NCBI GenBank assembly: GCA_002269645.1
Contig: NIVC01000887.1
Span: 124,001-188,000 of the forward strand
Direction: 5' to 3'
DNA from: Macrostomum lignano
Taxonomy: Eukaryota
DNA: 64,000 nucleotides
The translations under genes and the position numbers were made by a program. The notes under the pieces are model-generated. The model did not search any database. It had not been told where the DNA came from and saw nothing but the letters and a program-made list of their open reading frames with translations. This document shows positions 25,098-36,963 of this stretch, one piece after another (position 1 is the stretch's first letter; each line of letters opens with the position of its first letter).

Positions 25098-28000
25098 AGG
25101 GTGTCCAGTGAGAATTTTTTTTCTGAAATTTTTTTGGTTTTGACTTATGTAACTTATAGACCTGGATGTTATGAGTAAAATGACACTTCACTTTTTTAAT
25201 TTGGTCAAGTAATAAAAAAGTTATGAGTATTTTTGTTTTAAAAAGAATGCGTTTTTCCCTATTCTTAATACATTAGAAAGTGAAGCCAATTCCACGTCAT
25301 TTTTACTTTTTTCTTTAATTAAGTGTAAATAACTTTTTTGTTAGTTAAGCTACTTCTTTGACTTTGGTGTCAATTTTTAGGTAATTTAACTGTGCAATAT
25401 AATTTGTAACTAAAAAAGTTCTCCTGCTTAGCAGTTTTTTGCTGCAGGATGTTCTGTTAATAAAAAAATGTTTTTTTTATGCTGCCGGAGTCATACTTTT
25501 TTTACTTTAAAGTCCCCTTAAAATACTTGTACTATACTTAGACAGACTTTCTTGGTGTCAAACTTTAGATTTCTTTTAGTTCTTTTAGGAAACATAAAAA
25601 TTGTGCAGTTTAAGTATAGCTGTAGGTGAGGAGAATTTTTTAAGGAAAAATTGTGAATAAGGGTTCAGGAAGGCAAACTGGGTGATAGTGTCTAGTAAAC
25701 AGTTTTAAGTTAGAATGTCAGGGTTTTTACTTTTTTTAACAAATACAACTGGATGTTATGAGTAAAATGACATATTACTTTTAAAGATATGTTGAATAAT
25801 AAAAAAGTTATAAGAATTTTTAAAAAAAAATTCATTGCACTGCTTCTCTCTCTGTATTGTTGTAAATGGGTAATGACATGTATATGGTATAAAAAATGTT
25901 TCATAACTTCATAAGTTTCTGTTTCCATATTTTCTGGCTTGTCCTTAATATATAAATATGACTAATATTATGAGTATCTGGCTTTACTGTGAGTTTATGT
26001 CATTTATCATGTCAAAATATACTATTTCACTTTCAGATGCTATTATGTCATAATATAAATTGTAATTGTAAATTATGTCAGAACAATATACTCATACTCA
26101 ATTTTATCGCTCCATTTCTAACCCTCACTCCAGTGCTTCTGCTAGCATTTAAATTGAATACTACATAATATTTCATAAGCAAGCTGTGACAGGGCAGCTG
26201 CGTCTGCAGAAAGCCATGAGTAAGACAGCGTAGTTTTGGTATTAAGTAGGAAGTAAATTTTTAAATTGGTCTTTAGCAAAGAAAGTTTCACGAAAATTTT
26301 GCTGAAAGTTGACTTTCAAACGTTCAGGAATCAGGTAATTTGGAGAATTCATTATCACCTACAAACTTACTTCCATGCAGAGCCTACTCTGCCAAGGGAC
26401 CTGGCTGCCCTGCTCAACCTGTCGCAAGCCGGTGTAAGACGCAGCCTGCCCGCCCTGACTGCCAACCTGCGACAAGTAATTGCCCATCTGGAGGCTGAAA
26501 AGGCAGCAGTTGCCGTCGCGGTCGACACCCAAGGCAACACCAACATCTAGCCCTGTAATGAGCGGGCAGAGCTTGTCCGCTCTGCTGTCACCAAGAAGCT
26601 GGAGGCCCGTCAGGTGGCAGCTACGACTGGCCAGCAGCACCAAGGTGGCGCAGCAGGCAGCGGGCGTGGTGCTAGCGCGTCAGGCAGTCGGGCACGCGGT
26701 CGGGGTCGCGGACGTGGTCAGGGGCGTGGCCGTGGCCAGGGTAGAGCTTCGAGCAGGCAAAAGCGAGCGCCGCTGCCGACTTCTGATTCGGAGTCAGACT
26801 CTGCCGAGGCCATTGCAGAGCAGCAGGCTGCTGCTATTCCCCCCTTGCTGAGCAACCTCCCACAGCTGGAAGGCCGACGTGTGGAGGTTTTGTTTGGCTA
26901 CACTGACGGCGAGGTCTGGGAGCAGGGTGTCGTTGTCCGCCGTGTTCCGGGTACCAATGCAGACATCCTTGAGCAGAAGTTCCAGGTTGTGTTTGACGAC
27001 CATGGCAGCCCTATTGGAATAAGTGGTATTTTCGCGGACGGCGTCCGGCGCACTTTTTCTTTTTCCTCATAGTCATGGCGCATGGCGCGCTACGCGCGCC
27101 ATGCGCCATGACGCACAGCAGCTCACAGGTAAGATGCAAGGAGGACATCACGCGCTACATACAGCGCTGCTGAACAAGGATGAGAAGCATGCACAGGAGA
27201 AAGTCAGCAGCACGGTGGAAATTCAGCAAACTGTAAGTAAAACTTGTTTTTCTAATTTCTATAACTTTGATAATATTGCCGCGCCACATGCAGCGTTACC
27301 CTTGTGGCGATCCCATGTAACGATGTAAGTCGTTACTTGTTACAGTACACTATTCACTGTTCTATCTAATGTAACACTGCATTCTACCAAAAAATAAAAA
27401 ATAAAATAAAATATTTTCCTTTTCCTTTTTACCTTTGTTTTTGCCATTTGCTTACTTTTTATGTTTGTTTTGTTTTAAAAATTAGAAATTTAATTAAAAA
27501 TTTTTTAAATTTCTATTTTCGGTTTAACGATCTCAATTTCTCATAATATAATATAGATAGCCCGTAACCGTCCCGTATATTGGCGCACAAAAATTGTTGC
27601 TATGTTGTAAAAAAAGGTCTTTTATTGTCGCAAGGCAGGTAGTGGCGGGCGCACAACGGCGCACATGAGGGTTTTTGTGTCGGCGCACGGCGCACAATTT
27701 TGGGAGAGGCCAAAATTTGTTCCGGCACACACTCTGCCACCTTCCTGACTATGGCGTCCATACCACCTTAGGATTTGAAGATTGTCATGACGCACCGTCC
27801 AGGCCACTTTATGATTGCCATGGCGCACTAGATGCACTGTCCACAGTGTCTGAAAACTTATTCCAATAGGGCATGGCAGCACAACCTTTGAATATAACTT
27901 GTACGAAGACTATTTGAAGGGCGACCTTCATGTCCTGTCAGACGACGAGTAGCTCAACAGAGTTACTGAACTTCTTGAATATTGAGTCTAAACTGAAATG

Positions 28001-28922
28001 ATCAAGTGAGAGTGGATAATGTAGTATAGGTAATTACAATTCCTCAACTAAAAGCAACATTACTATCATATAAGTTGTTTAGATCAACAGCTCATATACA
28101 TCAATTTCAATTTGGGTCAAAGCAGAGTCAAATAGTCCCCATTAGAAGCTGCGAAATGCCCAGTTTTGTTTTTCCCTATCTCCGCAGTGTATTTCCAAGA
28201 AACGTTCTACAGTCTATGGCCAATGGTGCCTTTGCGTTTTGGCCTACATAGAAATCCTTTCTAGACCTGATTTGGGGTGCGTTAGGCTACATTTTAAGCA
28301 AAGGAAACATTCGTGCTTCAAACAGGCCATCCAATATTTGAAGTTTTACATTTTCCTATGAGATTTTACATGTATTTGGTGAAATTTTTGCCCAGCACTT
28401 GCGTTTATAGTTAGGAGGTCGAACTTTCACTGAAACTGCTTCATTTGGTTGCCATAACAACTACATAAAGTTTCAGGGGCATGCTTACACCCGATCTTGA
28501 AAAACTGACATTCACCAATTTTCATGTACATGACATGCTTGTACATGAAAAATTTTTTTCTTCAAAAAATAGCTCCTAAGGTACTCATACATGTTTACTA
28601 AGCTCCAGTGTTGAAAAAATCATGAAAAACAGTTCAGTTTTTATGTAGGACCAATTCTACAAAACCCACTTTCTTTTTTGGATTTTGCCTCAATTTTAAA
28701 TTTCTGTAAAAATGGCACAACTTTGCCATGCTGTAACTTTTTTTGTATAAAATGAAATCACTTGATTCTTTTTTTATGTTGTAGATATAAGTCTTAACTT
28801 TCTAAAAAGTATAAACTCATTGCTGTAGCTTACATACTTACCGATTTACAGACATTTGAAATTAGGTCATTTTCATATTTTTCAAAAATCATACATTGAA
28901 AAAATAGCTCACTGGACACCCT
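25098..28922. mobile_element. 3.8-kb element bounded by 15-bp perfect TIRs (Tc1/mariner-like agggtgtcc ends)
   Basis: agggtgtccagtgag at 25098-25112 and ctcactggacaccct at 28908-28922; internal subterminal direct repeats (ctggatgttatgagtaaaatgaca at ~25161 and ~25749). Confidence 0.65.
26278..27072 (+). pseudogene. Interrupted ORF: helical region, (RG)n/RGQG repeat, Tudor-like C-terminal domain
   Basis: ORFs 26266-26550 and 26614-27072 share one frame, separated by a single TAG (26548-26550). The C-terminus LEGRRVEVLFGYTDGEVWEQGVVVRRV..KFQVVFDDHG has the Tudor/Royal-family beta-barrel pattern; GT-AG sites lie at 26278-26335 and ~26387. Confidence 0.5.
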
Positions 28923-29022
28923 ATGTAATTATTTATATAATATTTATTATTTAAAATCATTTTAAAACAAGGCTAATACTAATAATAATAGAATTTGTTT
29001 TCAATTAGCAAATAATACTTAC

Positions 29023-29154
29023 CTGAATCAATTGTTGAATCCAATGCCTTATCATTATCAGAAGAAATTTCCATTTCTTCAGTGTCACTTGTTTCCATTG
29101 GGGTTGCTGAAGATAGAGTTTCTGACATACTTTTGTCTGTCAGATTTAAGTTAC
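29023..29154 (-). CDS. Putative orphan S/T/D/E-rich exon (partner exons unresolved)
   Basis: tttaag|GT AAC...TCA G|gtaagt; 132 nt, symmetric phase 1, stop-free (NLNLTDKSMSETLSSATPMETSDTEEMEISSDNDKALDSTIDS). Confidence 0.3.
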
Positions 29155-29973
29155 CTTAAATAAGATTAATGTTAAGCTAAGTCTTAAAATGTCACTAGGT
29201 TTTGTTTTTTGCCTAAAATATTAATACTAGACAAAACTTCTACTAACAGTTAGGGCAAAAATATTAATAAAAAAGTTGAAAGAGATAATATAGGGTACAG
29301 TTTCCTATCAGCTAGAGCAACATGCTAATTTACAAAAAAACAAGATGTGGATACCAGACACAAAAAGTATTGATTGTGACAGATTTATTATTTGCAGCAA
29401 GGGAAAGGTTGCTCTGCTTACTGCTAAGAAATAAGATGAAAGTCGAACAAATTTTCGATAAGCTTTGTGCACTAACAACTTCGAATGAATTAGTTACACA
29501 AGATTCATCAAAAGGAAGTACGATTTTCTAGCAATGAAAGAAATTATATCTATTACTCTGTCTGACTGTCATATACATATAATGTGATAAGTTGAACTTT
29601 AATTAATGGATTCCGCACCTTTTCTCTCAAAATAAAAAAATTCGTTCAATAGCTAAAGTAAATGTTTCAAGCGTTTAAATTTATTCTAACTTAAAATTTT
29701 ATCTTTTCCTTACATCTTGCTTTATAAGGTCTGTTGATCATTTCTATAATCGTTAGTTAAAATTTGTTTAAACATTAATGTTTTTGTTTGAAACACTTAC
29801 AAAATTGATATATTAATTCACTGGTATATCTGACTGCATGGCTGGGTGGATGGTTGACTCGACGTGACCGTCGTGACGTCATTTACATCGTGTTTTAATT
29901 TCTTCCTTAGTTCTGGCTCCAACTGATGTTAACTATAGATTCTTATCCTTTTTTACATTTGTGCATACTTGTA

Positions 29974-30913
29974 GGTTTCCAGTCAATCCGGCGACAGGAC
30001 GATCCGGCGACAGTCAATCCGGCGACAATTTGTAGTAAAAAGCTATTACATGAAAGCCAGCGATTGCTATTTAAACAGATTAAACGGAGCTTTGATTGTT
30101 ATAATTATTATAATTGGTATTATTGTTATTAACATTTTTATTAGAATGTATGCAAAAATAACTGAGAGAATTGGAATTTATCAGGTTCAAAATGCGCGGA
30201 TTTGGATCAACTATCAACAGCTTGTTTTCTTATATTTATGATACATAATACATGTATTGTTTAAAAAATGGAGAACTGCATTAAATCAAAGCGTTATTTT
30301 ATATTTTCACTAATGGCCGCACACTACATGTAGTTTATTAATCTGCAGATACATTAAAACGCGTTTGACGTGAGTCGTGACATCCTAAACTGCCAGAAGT
30401 ACGGACATAATGTAAAATTTTTATTAGAAAGGATATACTCATCGTCCTAAGGTGAATTCTCTATCTCTACATGTAAAATTGAAAACTACAGTAGCTCATG
30501 TAAAGTTTTGTTTTATATCTAAATTTTTATCTAAAATCCGTAAAATCTATGAGGCTTTTCATATTACCAATTCCAGAATCAGAATCGGTTCGGATCTTCC
30601 AAGAAAAACAGCAGTATAACTATTTAATTCTGTTGAATGTTTGACTGCCTTAACAACCTCACTTAGCACAATTTTTCACTTTCTTCTTAGCGATTGTCAT
30701 TCAAAAATAAAAACTTTATAGCACGTATCTCCCTCTAGTTATGGAGACAAAAAGTATACTTCACAAATTGGTTTTGGTTCTGGAACCAGAACAAGCAATA
30801 TGAAAAGGCCCTATGTACAATACAAAATCTGTCCCCGGATCGTCTGTCGCCGATTTGACTGTCGCCGGTTCGTTTGTCGCCGGATCGTCTTGTCGCCGGA
30901 TTGTCTGGAAGCC
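29974..30913. mobile_element. MULE-type MITE with tandem ccggcgaca subterminal repeats
   Basis: Left ggtttccagtcaatccggcgaca.. vs right ..tgtcgccggattgtctggaagcc; flanks cttgta / cttgtg. Confidence 0.75.
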
Positions 30914-31762
30914 CTTGTGGAAGGGCCAAGATAGTAATAGCAACTTAGGAAGTTAAAAGCTTTAGAAACTGCAGTAGGTTCTAGACTCTATACAACTTTG
31001 TTAGGCCTAGGCCCTATCCCTATAGCAATGCCAATTGATAGGAATGTGTTAAGGCCTAGAATATGCTAGAATAGACTCTTGGGGATGATCTATGAGGCTG
31101 TCTATATGTTTATATCATTATGTTGTTTGCTATTTATAATGTATCATTATTATTGTAGGCCTAGTTTGGACTTGGTTGACAGTTGTTTTGCAGGCCCTGT
31201 GTAAGTGTAAGACCAAGATGGCCACACACCAATATGGCCACAGCTGGGGTGGGGGTCACGGAAAATGACAACTGGTTTACTATTGGATAACTTCGGGTGG
31301 GGAGATGTGGGGTTGCAATGGGGGGGGTTTAGACAAGGCAGTCAGAAAATTTTATTAGTAGGAGCTCGTATATTGGGTTAAAGACAAAAATGGAACGAGT
31401 CTTAATTTCCTACTTATAGTAGGCCCCTAAGAGGTGTAAACATATTTCGTATTAAACAAATCTCTTCTTCATATAAAATCAGGTGTAGCTTTTTTCAATT
31501 TCTCTAATTGGTCGAGACTAAGTTACTTGTTTAAAATGGATAAAACTGGGTAAATTTCATGCCCTGTTCAAAATTCATCTGTTTATTCCCTGACAACAGT
31601 CTAAGCACTTAGATACAAAATGGCATGCGCATATCCATGTGTGGTCTGTCTGCAAACCAGTTTGCGATGGACAAGAAGCAATTGAGTGTTCTCAATGCTT
31701 GAATTGGCAGCACCGTGCATGTGATAGTCGCGTCACAATCGATCAGTATTCTGCAATGAGAA

Positions 31763-32780
31763 ATGTCGGTGAGTTTTTCTGGCTTTGACTGCAAATTAAT
31801 GCAATTTAATAGACGGGCTCTTGTGAACTCTTCACTAGGCCGAGACAACTTAGCAGTGTCTCAATCTCAAACTGCAGATGCTGCAGTGGTACATGTTAGA
31901 CAAGCCCTGAATTCTGGACCAGCGGCTGTTCCTCTGCCTGCTGAAAATCCAGAACCATGCAGTGCATCTGAGGATTCCGGCACAAGCGGAAATTTTTTTA
32001 CCATTTATCCAGATTTCAATGACCCTGATCCAGCTCTGGAAAAATCCATTCAAATTCCTCGAGCAGAGCTTGCACCGCCCCGCAGCCCACCTCCCCAGCC
32101 CTTTGAGATTCTTACAGGTGCAGGATGCAGTCACGGAAAAGACCTTCTAGTGCAGTATGCCCAACGAGACCTTGGCTATCTGATGGATGAAAAAACGCGG
32201 CGAAATGGCAACACGTACTATCGCTGCACTAAGCATTTATCACTGCACTGTCATGGCTCCGCAGTCCGCCGGGCTGATGGAACCATAGAAGCCCAATTGC
32301 TCCGCACACGTGCGATCCAGTTGATCGGCCAGCTCAGAAGAGAAAGGCAGCAAAGGAGGTAAAGGAGGGAGCAAAGCGCATGTTATTTAAGAACAGTTTG
32401 TTGCTAGAATTATCGCGGAGGAGAAGGTAAGAGAATTTTCACCTGAAGTGCAGGAGGTGCTTAGTATTGAGTCATTGAGTCGCAATGCTAGTTACAGTCG
32501 CAAAAAGATCGCCTATGGAACCTGTTGACGTACATTTCCAAGTTGATCCTAGACATGTACCTGCCCAGTTTCATTTGCAGGATGTGACAGTTCCTGAGAC
32601 AAACGGCCGCGACACTTCGTCTTCATGACGACAACAACTCAGCGAGAAATATCATCAACCCGACGAATCTTGAAGTGCGACGGACCTTTTTTAGCATTGT
32701 CAAGGCACCTTTCAAACAGCTTTACAGTGTACACGGCGCGATTATCATACTATCCATACCACCTCATTGCCATTTCAGAT
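31763..32780 (+). pseudogene. Decayed, 3'-truncated Mutator (MULE) transposase with FLYWCH-type zinc finger
   Basis: GKDLLVQ..GYLMDEK..TYYRCTKHLSLHCHGSA then (frameshift) PHTCDP. Downstream: PVDVHFQVDPRHVPAQFHLQDVTV, RHFVFMT..CDG(P)F and (frameshift) SIVKAPFKQLYSVHG, matching the MULE 'RHLxFAT..DGTF..PFxQLYSIH' catalytic-D region. Confidence 0.8.
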
Positions 32781-33924
32781 CATAACAACAAGTTAAAAAA
32801 GCCAAAAAAATCCGCACTTACTTATTTTTTGCATCCAATATAGCCCTGTAGCATATTTAAGAATCCCCACATTTCTTGCCAGATATTAACTTTGTTTTAC
32901 GCTCAAATTTGGGATGGGGGGTTCATTGCGTCGCACTTACAGAGCAAGCAGCCTTTACTTGGGCTAGTCACTGCATGTATGTGTGACTCAGTGCACTTCT
33001 GCAGCCTCCGTAATTCATCATCATCCCCATCATTATGCATGATATTATATGAGCTACGTATACGAGCTATTAAAATTCAGATATGAGATACCTTTTGCGC
33101 TCAAGTTCGCAGAACAGGCCTGATGAAATATTTCATAGAAAAACAATTTTTTCATTGCTACAAACTGCTGTCAATCCGTTGGTATCTAGAAATAATATGC
33201 AATATCGTGAATGGGTGGCAACTGATGCAATTTTTTTAGTTTTTTATTTCCACTTCTATTGAGTTCACACACGAGCCGTATTCTGTTGTTTGAGTTGAAT
33301 ACAAAAGGTAGGCGGGGTTGCTGTCAATTCAAGCTTGAATGTGCAGAGTTAATTTATGGTCAACCAGTCCTCACACCGCTCCCACACTAGGTGGTACCTC
33401 ACGGATCGTGTACTCAAGCCAACCCTAGAGCAACTTTTTTTTTCAATTTTGGCCTGTACTGATACGATACGATTGGAAGTCATATAAATACAGTCTAAAT
33501 AACTGACTGGCTTGCGTGGAGATAGAAATCTTTCTATATAAAACAGCTCACCTCAAAACAGCCATATCGTTATTTTTCGTTGCAATCTTTTTTTCAGTTT
33601 CAACTTTTTTAGCCACCTGTTATGGTTGGTAACCATGGTTACAATCTGGCTCGTAAATAAATAACTCACTATAGTGACTTTGCATGCAGCACTTAGCATG
33701 AAGCCTCAGATTTATTTATGTAAATATGTACTGTTTATGCACTGCGGCAAATTTGCACAGATATTAGCTACATGTATTTTTCAGCAAGTACTGATACCTA
33801 GGGAAACGCAAGGCTTCAATACAAAAAGTCTGACAATTCTGAAATCTCGTCAAAATAAGCCGAACTTATAAATACATGTACATGTACAGATATTAAGTAC
33901 ATGTACGAGCTCGTAACTGATATA

Positions 33925-34810
33925 AGTTAGAAAATAAGAGGAGAGAAGAGGAGAAAGGAGAGATAAGAGAGAGTAAAGGGAAGAGAGAAAAGATAAGGTT
34001 GTAGAGATGAGAGAGATGAAAGGAGAGATAAGAGAGGAGAGAAGAGATTACATAGACGAGAGGAGAGATGAGAGAAGAGGGAAGTATTGAGAGAGGGGAG
34101 AGTGAGAAGAGGGGAGAGTAGGGATTGCAAGATCCCGTTATTTGCGATCCCGGGATCCCGGAATTTGGCCAATCCCGGGATTGCAATCCCTAGGGGGAGA
34201 GAGAAGATAAAGTAGAGAGCAAAAGAGAAGTGAGAAAAGATAAGAGAGCTGAGAACAAAGACGAGAGAGAAGAGAGACGAGGGAAGAGACGAGAGAAGAG
34301 CGGAGGAATGAAATTAAAATGAAATTTAGGTCTTATAAAAGCGTCCTCTGCAGAGTGCATGCTTTGTCAGTGCATGGTAAAGAATTGCAAGGAAATACTG
34401 GGGGTTAGGAGGTAACAACAATCCTCCGTTTGGGAGGAAAATTCAGTGCGGGGGTCTTAAGTCAAGTATTTAAAGACTAAAAATAAAATTAATCTAACAA
34501 AATGATAGCAATTAGTGAGAAGGTAATAGCTTTACCTGTGCATCGCATATGAAGCTGAGCTGAGAGAAGCTAAATATAGAGGCCGAGAGTAGAGAGAGGC
34601 TGAGAGTAGACAGAGGCTGAGAGTGGATAGAGGCTGAGAGTAGAGAGAGGCTGAGAATAGAGAGAATAGAGGAGAAGGGAGATTAATGGAGAGGAGAGAG
34701 GAGGAAAGGGAGAAGAGAATGAAGAGGAAAAGGGAGATGAGAGGAAAGAGGTGAGGAGATGAAGAGGAGAGATGAGAGGAGAGGAGAGAGATGAGGAGAG
34801 GAGAGGACAA
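33925..34810. repeat. GA-rich low-complexity blocks
   Basis: Polypurine tracts at 33925-34310 and 34545-34810. Confidence 0.9.
34119..34193. mobile_element. 75-bp hAT-type mini-element
   Basis: 12-bp perfect TIR tagggattgcaa / ttgcaatcccta, internal atcccggga repeats, flanked by 8-bp ggggagag on both sides (one extra g on the right). Confidence 0.7.
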
Positions 34811-35463
34811 GAGAGAATATGAAGATTCAAAGAACCCACGGGCTTGTGGGCCACATGTGGCCAACCTGGGGGTTCGCCGACCCCTATTTTAGTTTAGCCT
34901 TTTTACTTTGGTTCCGACACCTCTGAGGAGAGGGCAGAGATGATCGGGAGAGAGAAAAGATGGGAGACGAGAGGGCAGAGAGCCGGGGCTGTTGCCCCCA
35001 GGACCCCGGGTCCTGCACGCAATGGCGTGGTGAACTATCTGTGCAGTATGAGACTGGTATGGCCCTTATCCCAGCCAGCGATGCTCACACCTGCCTCCCC
35101 TGGCGGGCTGATAGCTCAAGAGACTCTGTATCCTGATTTTCACCTTGCAAGGCGCACTTCGAAGGGTACTCGTCCCGTGGGTGTTAAGGCAGGCTTTTGG
35201 GCCTTGCCGAGCTGATTCGTTGGCGCCGAGTCCTGGTGTGACCATATAAACGCACCCTCTAATGTCCCAGTGTAACTACGTGCTGATGGACGCTTGGCCA
35301 GGGAGTAGTCTGGTCGCTAACGGTTCCCCTTGCGCTTTTGGGTCGCCCGCAGGGTGGTATTTTGCTTTTTGGGGGCCTGCCGCTTGGTTTGGGGTTGCGG
35401 CCTTGCGGCCTTGCGGCTCTTTGCCTGTGTTCTGCAGGAAGTCCCACATTTTTACTTCCAGCC

Positions 35464-36950
35464 AATGGCTTCTAACCGAAGTACCCAACCGGCTGTGGAT
35501 GACACAGTGCCTCCGGCCTCGGCTGGGGCCGTGGACTCCGCGGCCATACCACCTGCTACCATCGGGGACGCCTCGGCGAGACCCGTGGAGCCAACTCTGA
35601 GCGGTGCCTCCGAGAAGACACCTGCTACTCCAGCTGCCAAGCAGCTGAGCACCACCTCTGGAGCTGCCCCGCCGTCGACTTAACAAGGCGAGGCGGGCCA
35701 AGGAGGGCGGAAGCCTAACCGGCGCCAGGGGCCAACGGCCCGCGGCAGCGGAAGTTTCCCAATCTGGGGCGGTGGCGGAAGAGGGCCTCGAGCTCACTGA
35801 AGTCCCTGCCCAGGATAGGGAGGCCGATGCAGCCGGGAGGGTGGACAGCCCACCTGAAGAATGCTCCACCGACCCCCGGGCCTCCGACGCTGATGCGGCA
35901 AAGAGGCAACCGGCGGTTGTCATTCTGGGGAAGGACGCGCGCTTGTCTCCCGACTAGCTGAAGCAGGTGAGAGGTGCCGTTGATGGCCTCCTGTGGAAGC
36001 AAACTCTGAAGGGCACGCCTCAGAACATTCATTCGAATGCGACGAGGGACACGTGCCTTCTCATTTGGCCCAGTGATGCTGACTCGGGTCGGCGGCTCCT
36101 TGAGCTGCTGCCCGAGCAGAGCTGGGACCTCAACCTAGCCTTCTGCAGAGAGGACGAGCGCCCCCGGACCAAGAGGCATCGAATCTGGGTTCCGGCCAGG
36201 AGCATCGTTACCTCTGCTGACGAGCTCCGGAAAGGACTGCTAGCAGTCAACCGGGAGCTTCCCGCCGCGGGCCTAGTGGTGCATGACACCCTTAAGCGCC
36301 TGTCGGACGCCTCGATGAGGCGCTATCCACACGGCAGCTTCATCAACGTTGGCCTTTTTAAAGCTGCGCATCCGCTCCTACGAGGCCGACCCTCCCCGTG
36401 GCAGTGAGCAGGGCGGGCGGAATGCCGAAGCAGCCGGGGCCGAGGCGCGAGCTTCTGCTCAGGCGGCCAAAGCAAACCGCCCCGCCCGGCAGCACGGCCG
36501 CGCGGGTAAAGCCGAACGCGCTGCTGAGGGCGGAGGGGACCGACGCCCGGCGCGCAGCACCAAGCGGCGCGGCCTGTACCAGCGCGCAGCGAGGCGGTCC
36601 GCACCGCTAAAATCACCTAGCTGAGGAGAGAGGTCGCCTGGACGCCTAGGCGCACCAGCTCATCCAGGGAGGGTGGGGACGTCCCAGCTGGGCCCAACCC
36701 CTCGGGGCAGGGCCGGCTGGAGACGGACCCGCCTGCCCAGGCGGCTGGCTGCTCCAGGGCATTGGGCCAGTCTGAAGCGGAGGACCCCGTGGCCGGTGGG
36801 CGAAGGGCGGCGAACGCTGCCTACTGCCTTCCGACCCATCGGGGGCCTTTTGCTGAAGAGGAGCCCATGGACACCGGCGACCCCGACCCGAAGCTGGTGA
36901 GCGCCGAGGAGGAGGAGGAACTCCTGGCATCAACGCCCGATCTGCACTGA
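35464..36950 (+). mobile_element. Degenerate ORF1 of a LOA/R1-type non-LTR retrotransposon (DUF4780-like region)
   Basis: GC-rich, with stops and frameshifts; RIWVPARSIVTSADELRKGLLAVNRELPAAGLVVHD resembles the LOA ORF1 domain; ends EEEEELLASTPDLH*, overlapping the ORF2 start. Confidence 0.55.
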
Positions 36951-36963
36951 TGCCAGCGGCTAC

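Noticed and set aside
28190-28300. WPT*KSFLDLIWG as a Tc1/mariner WPxxSPDL..WG motif
   Set aside because: Similarity too weak and no other catalytic motifs could be placed; the element's transposase is left unidentified.
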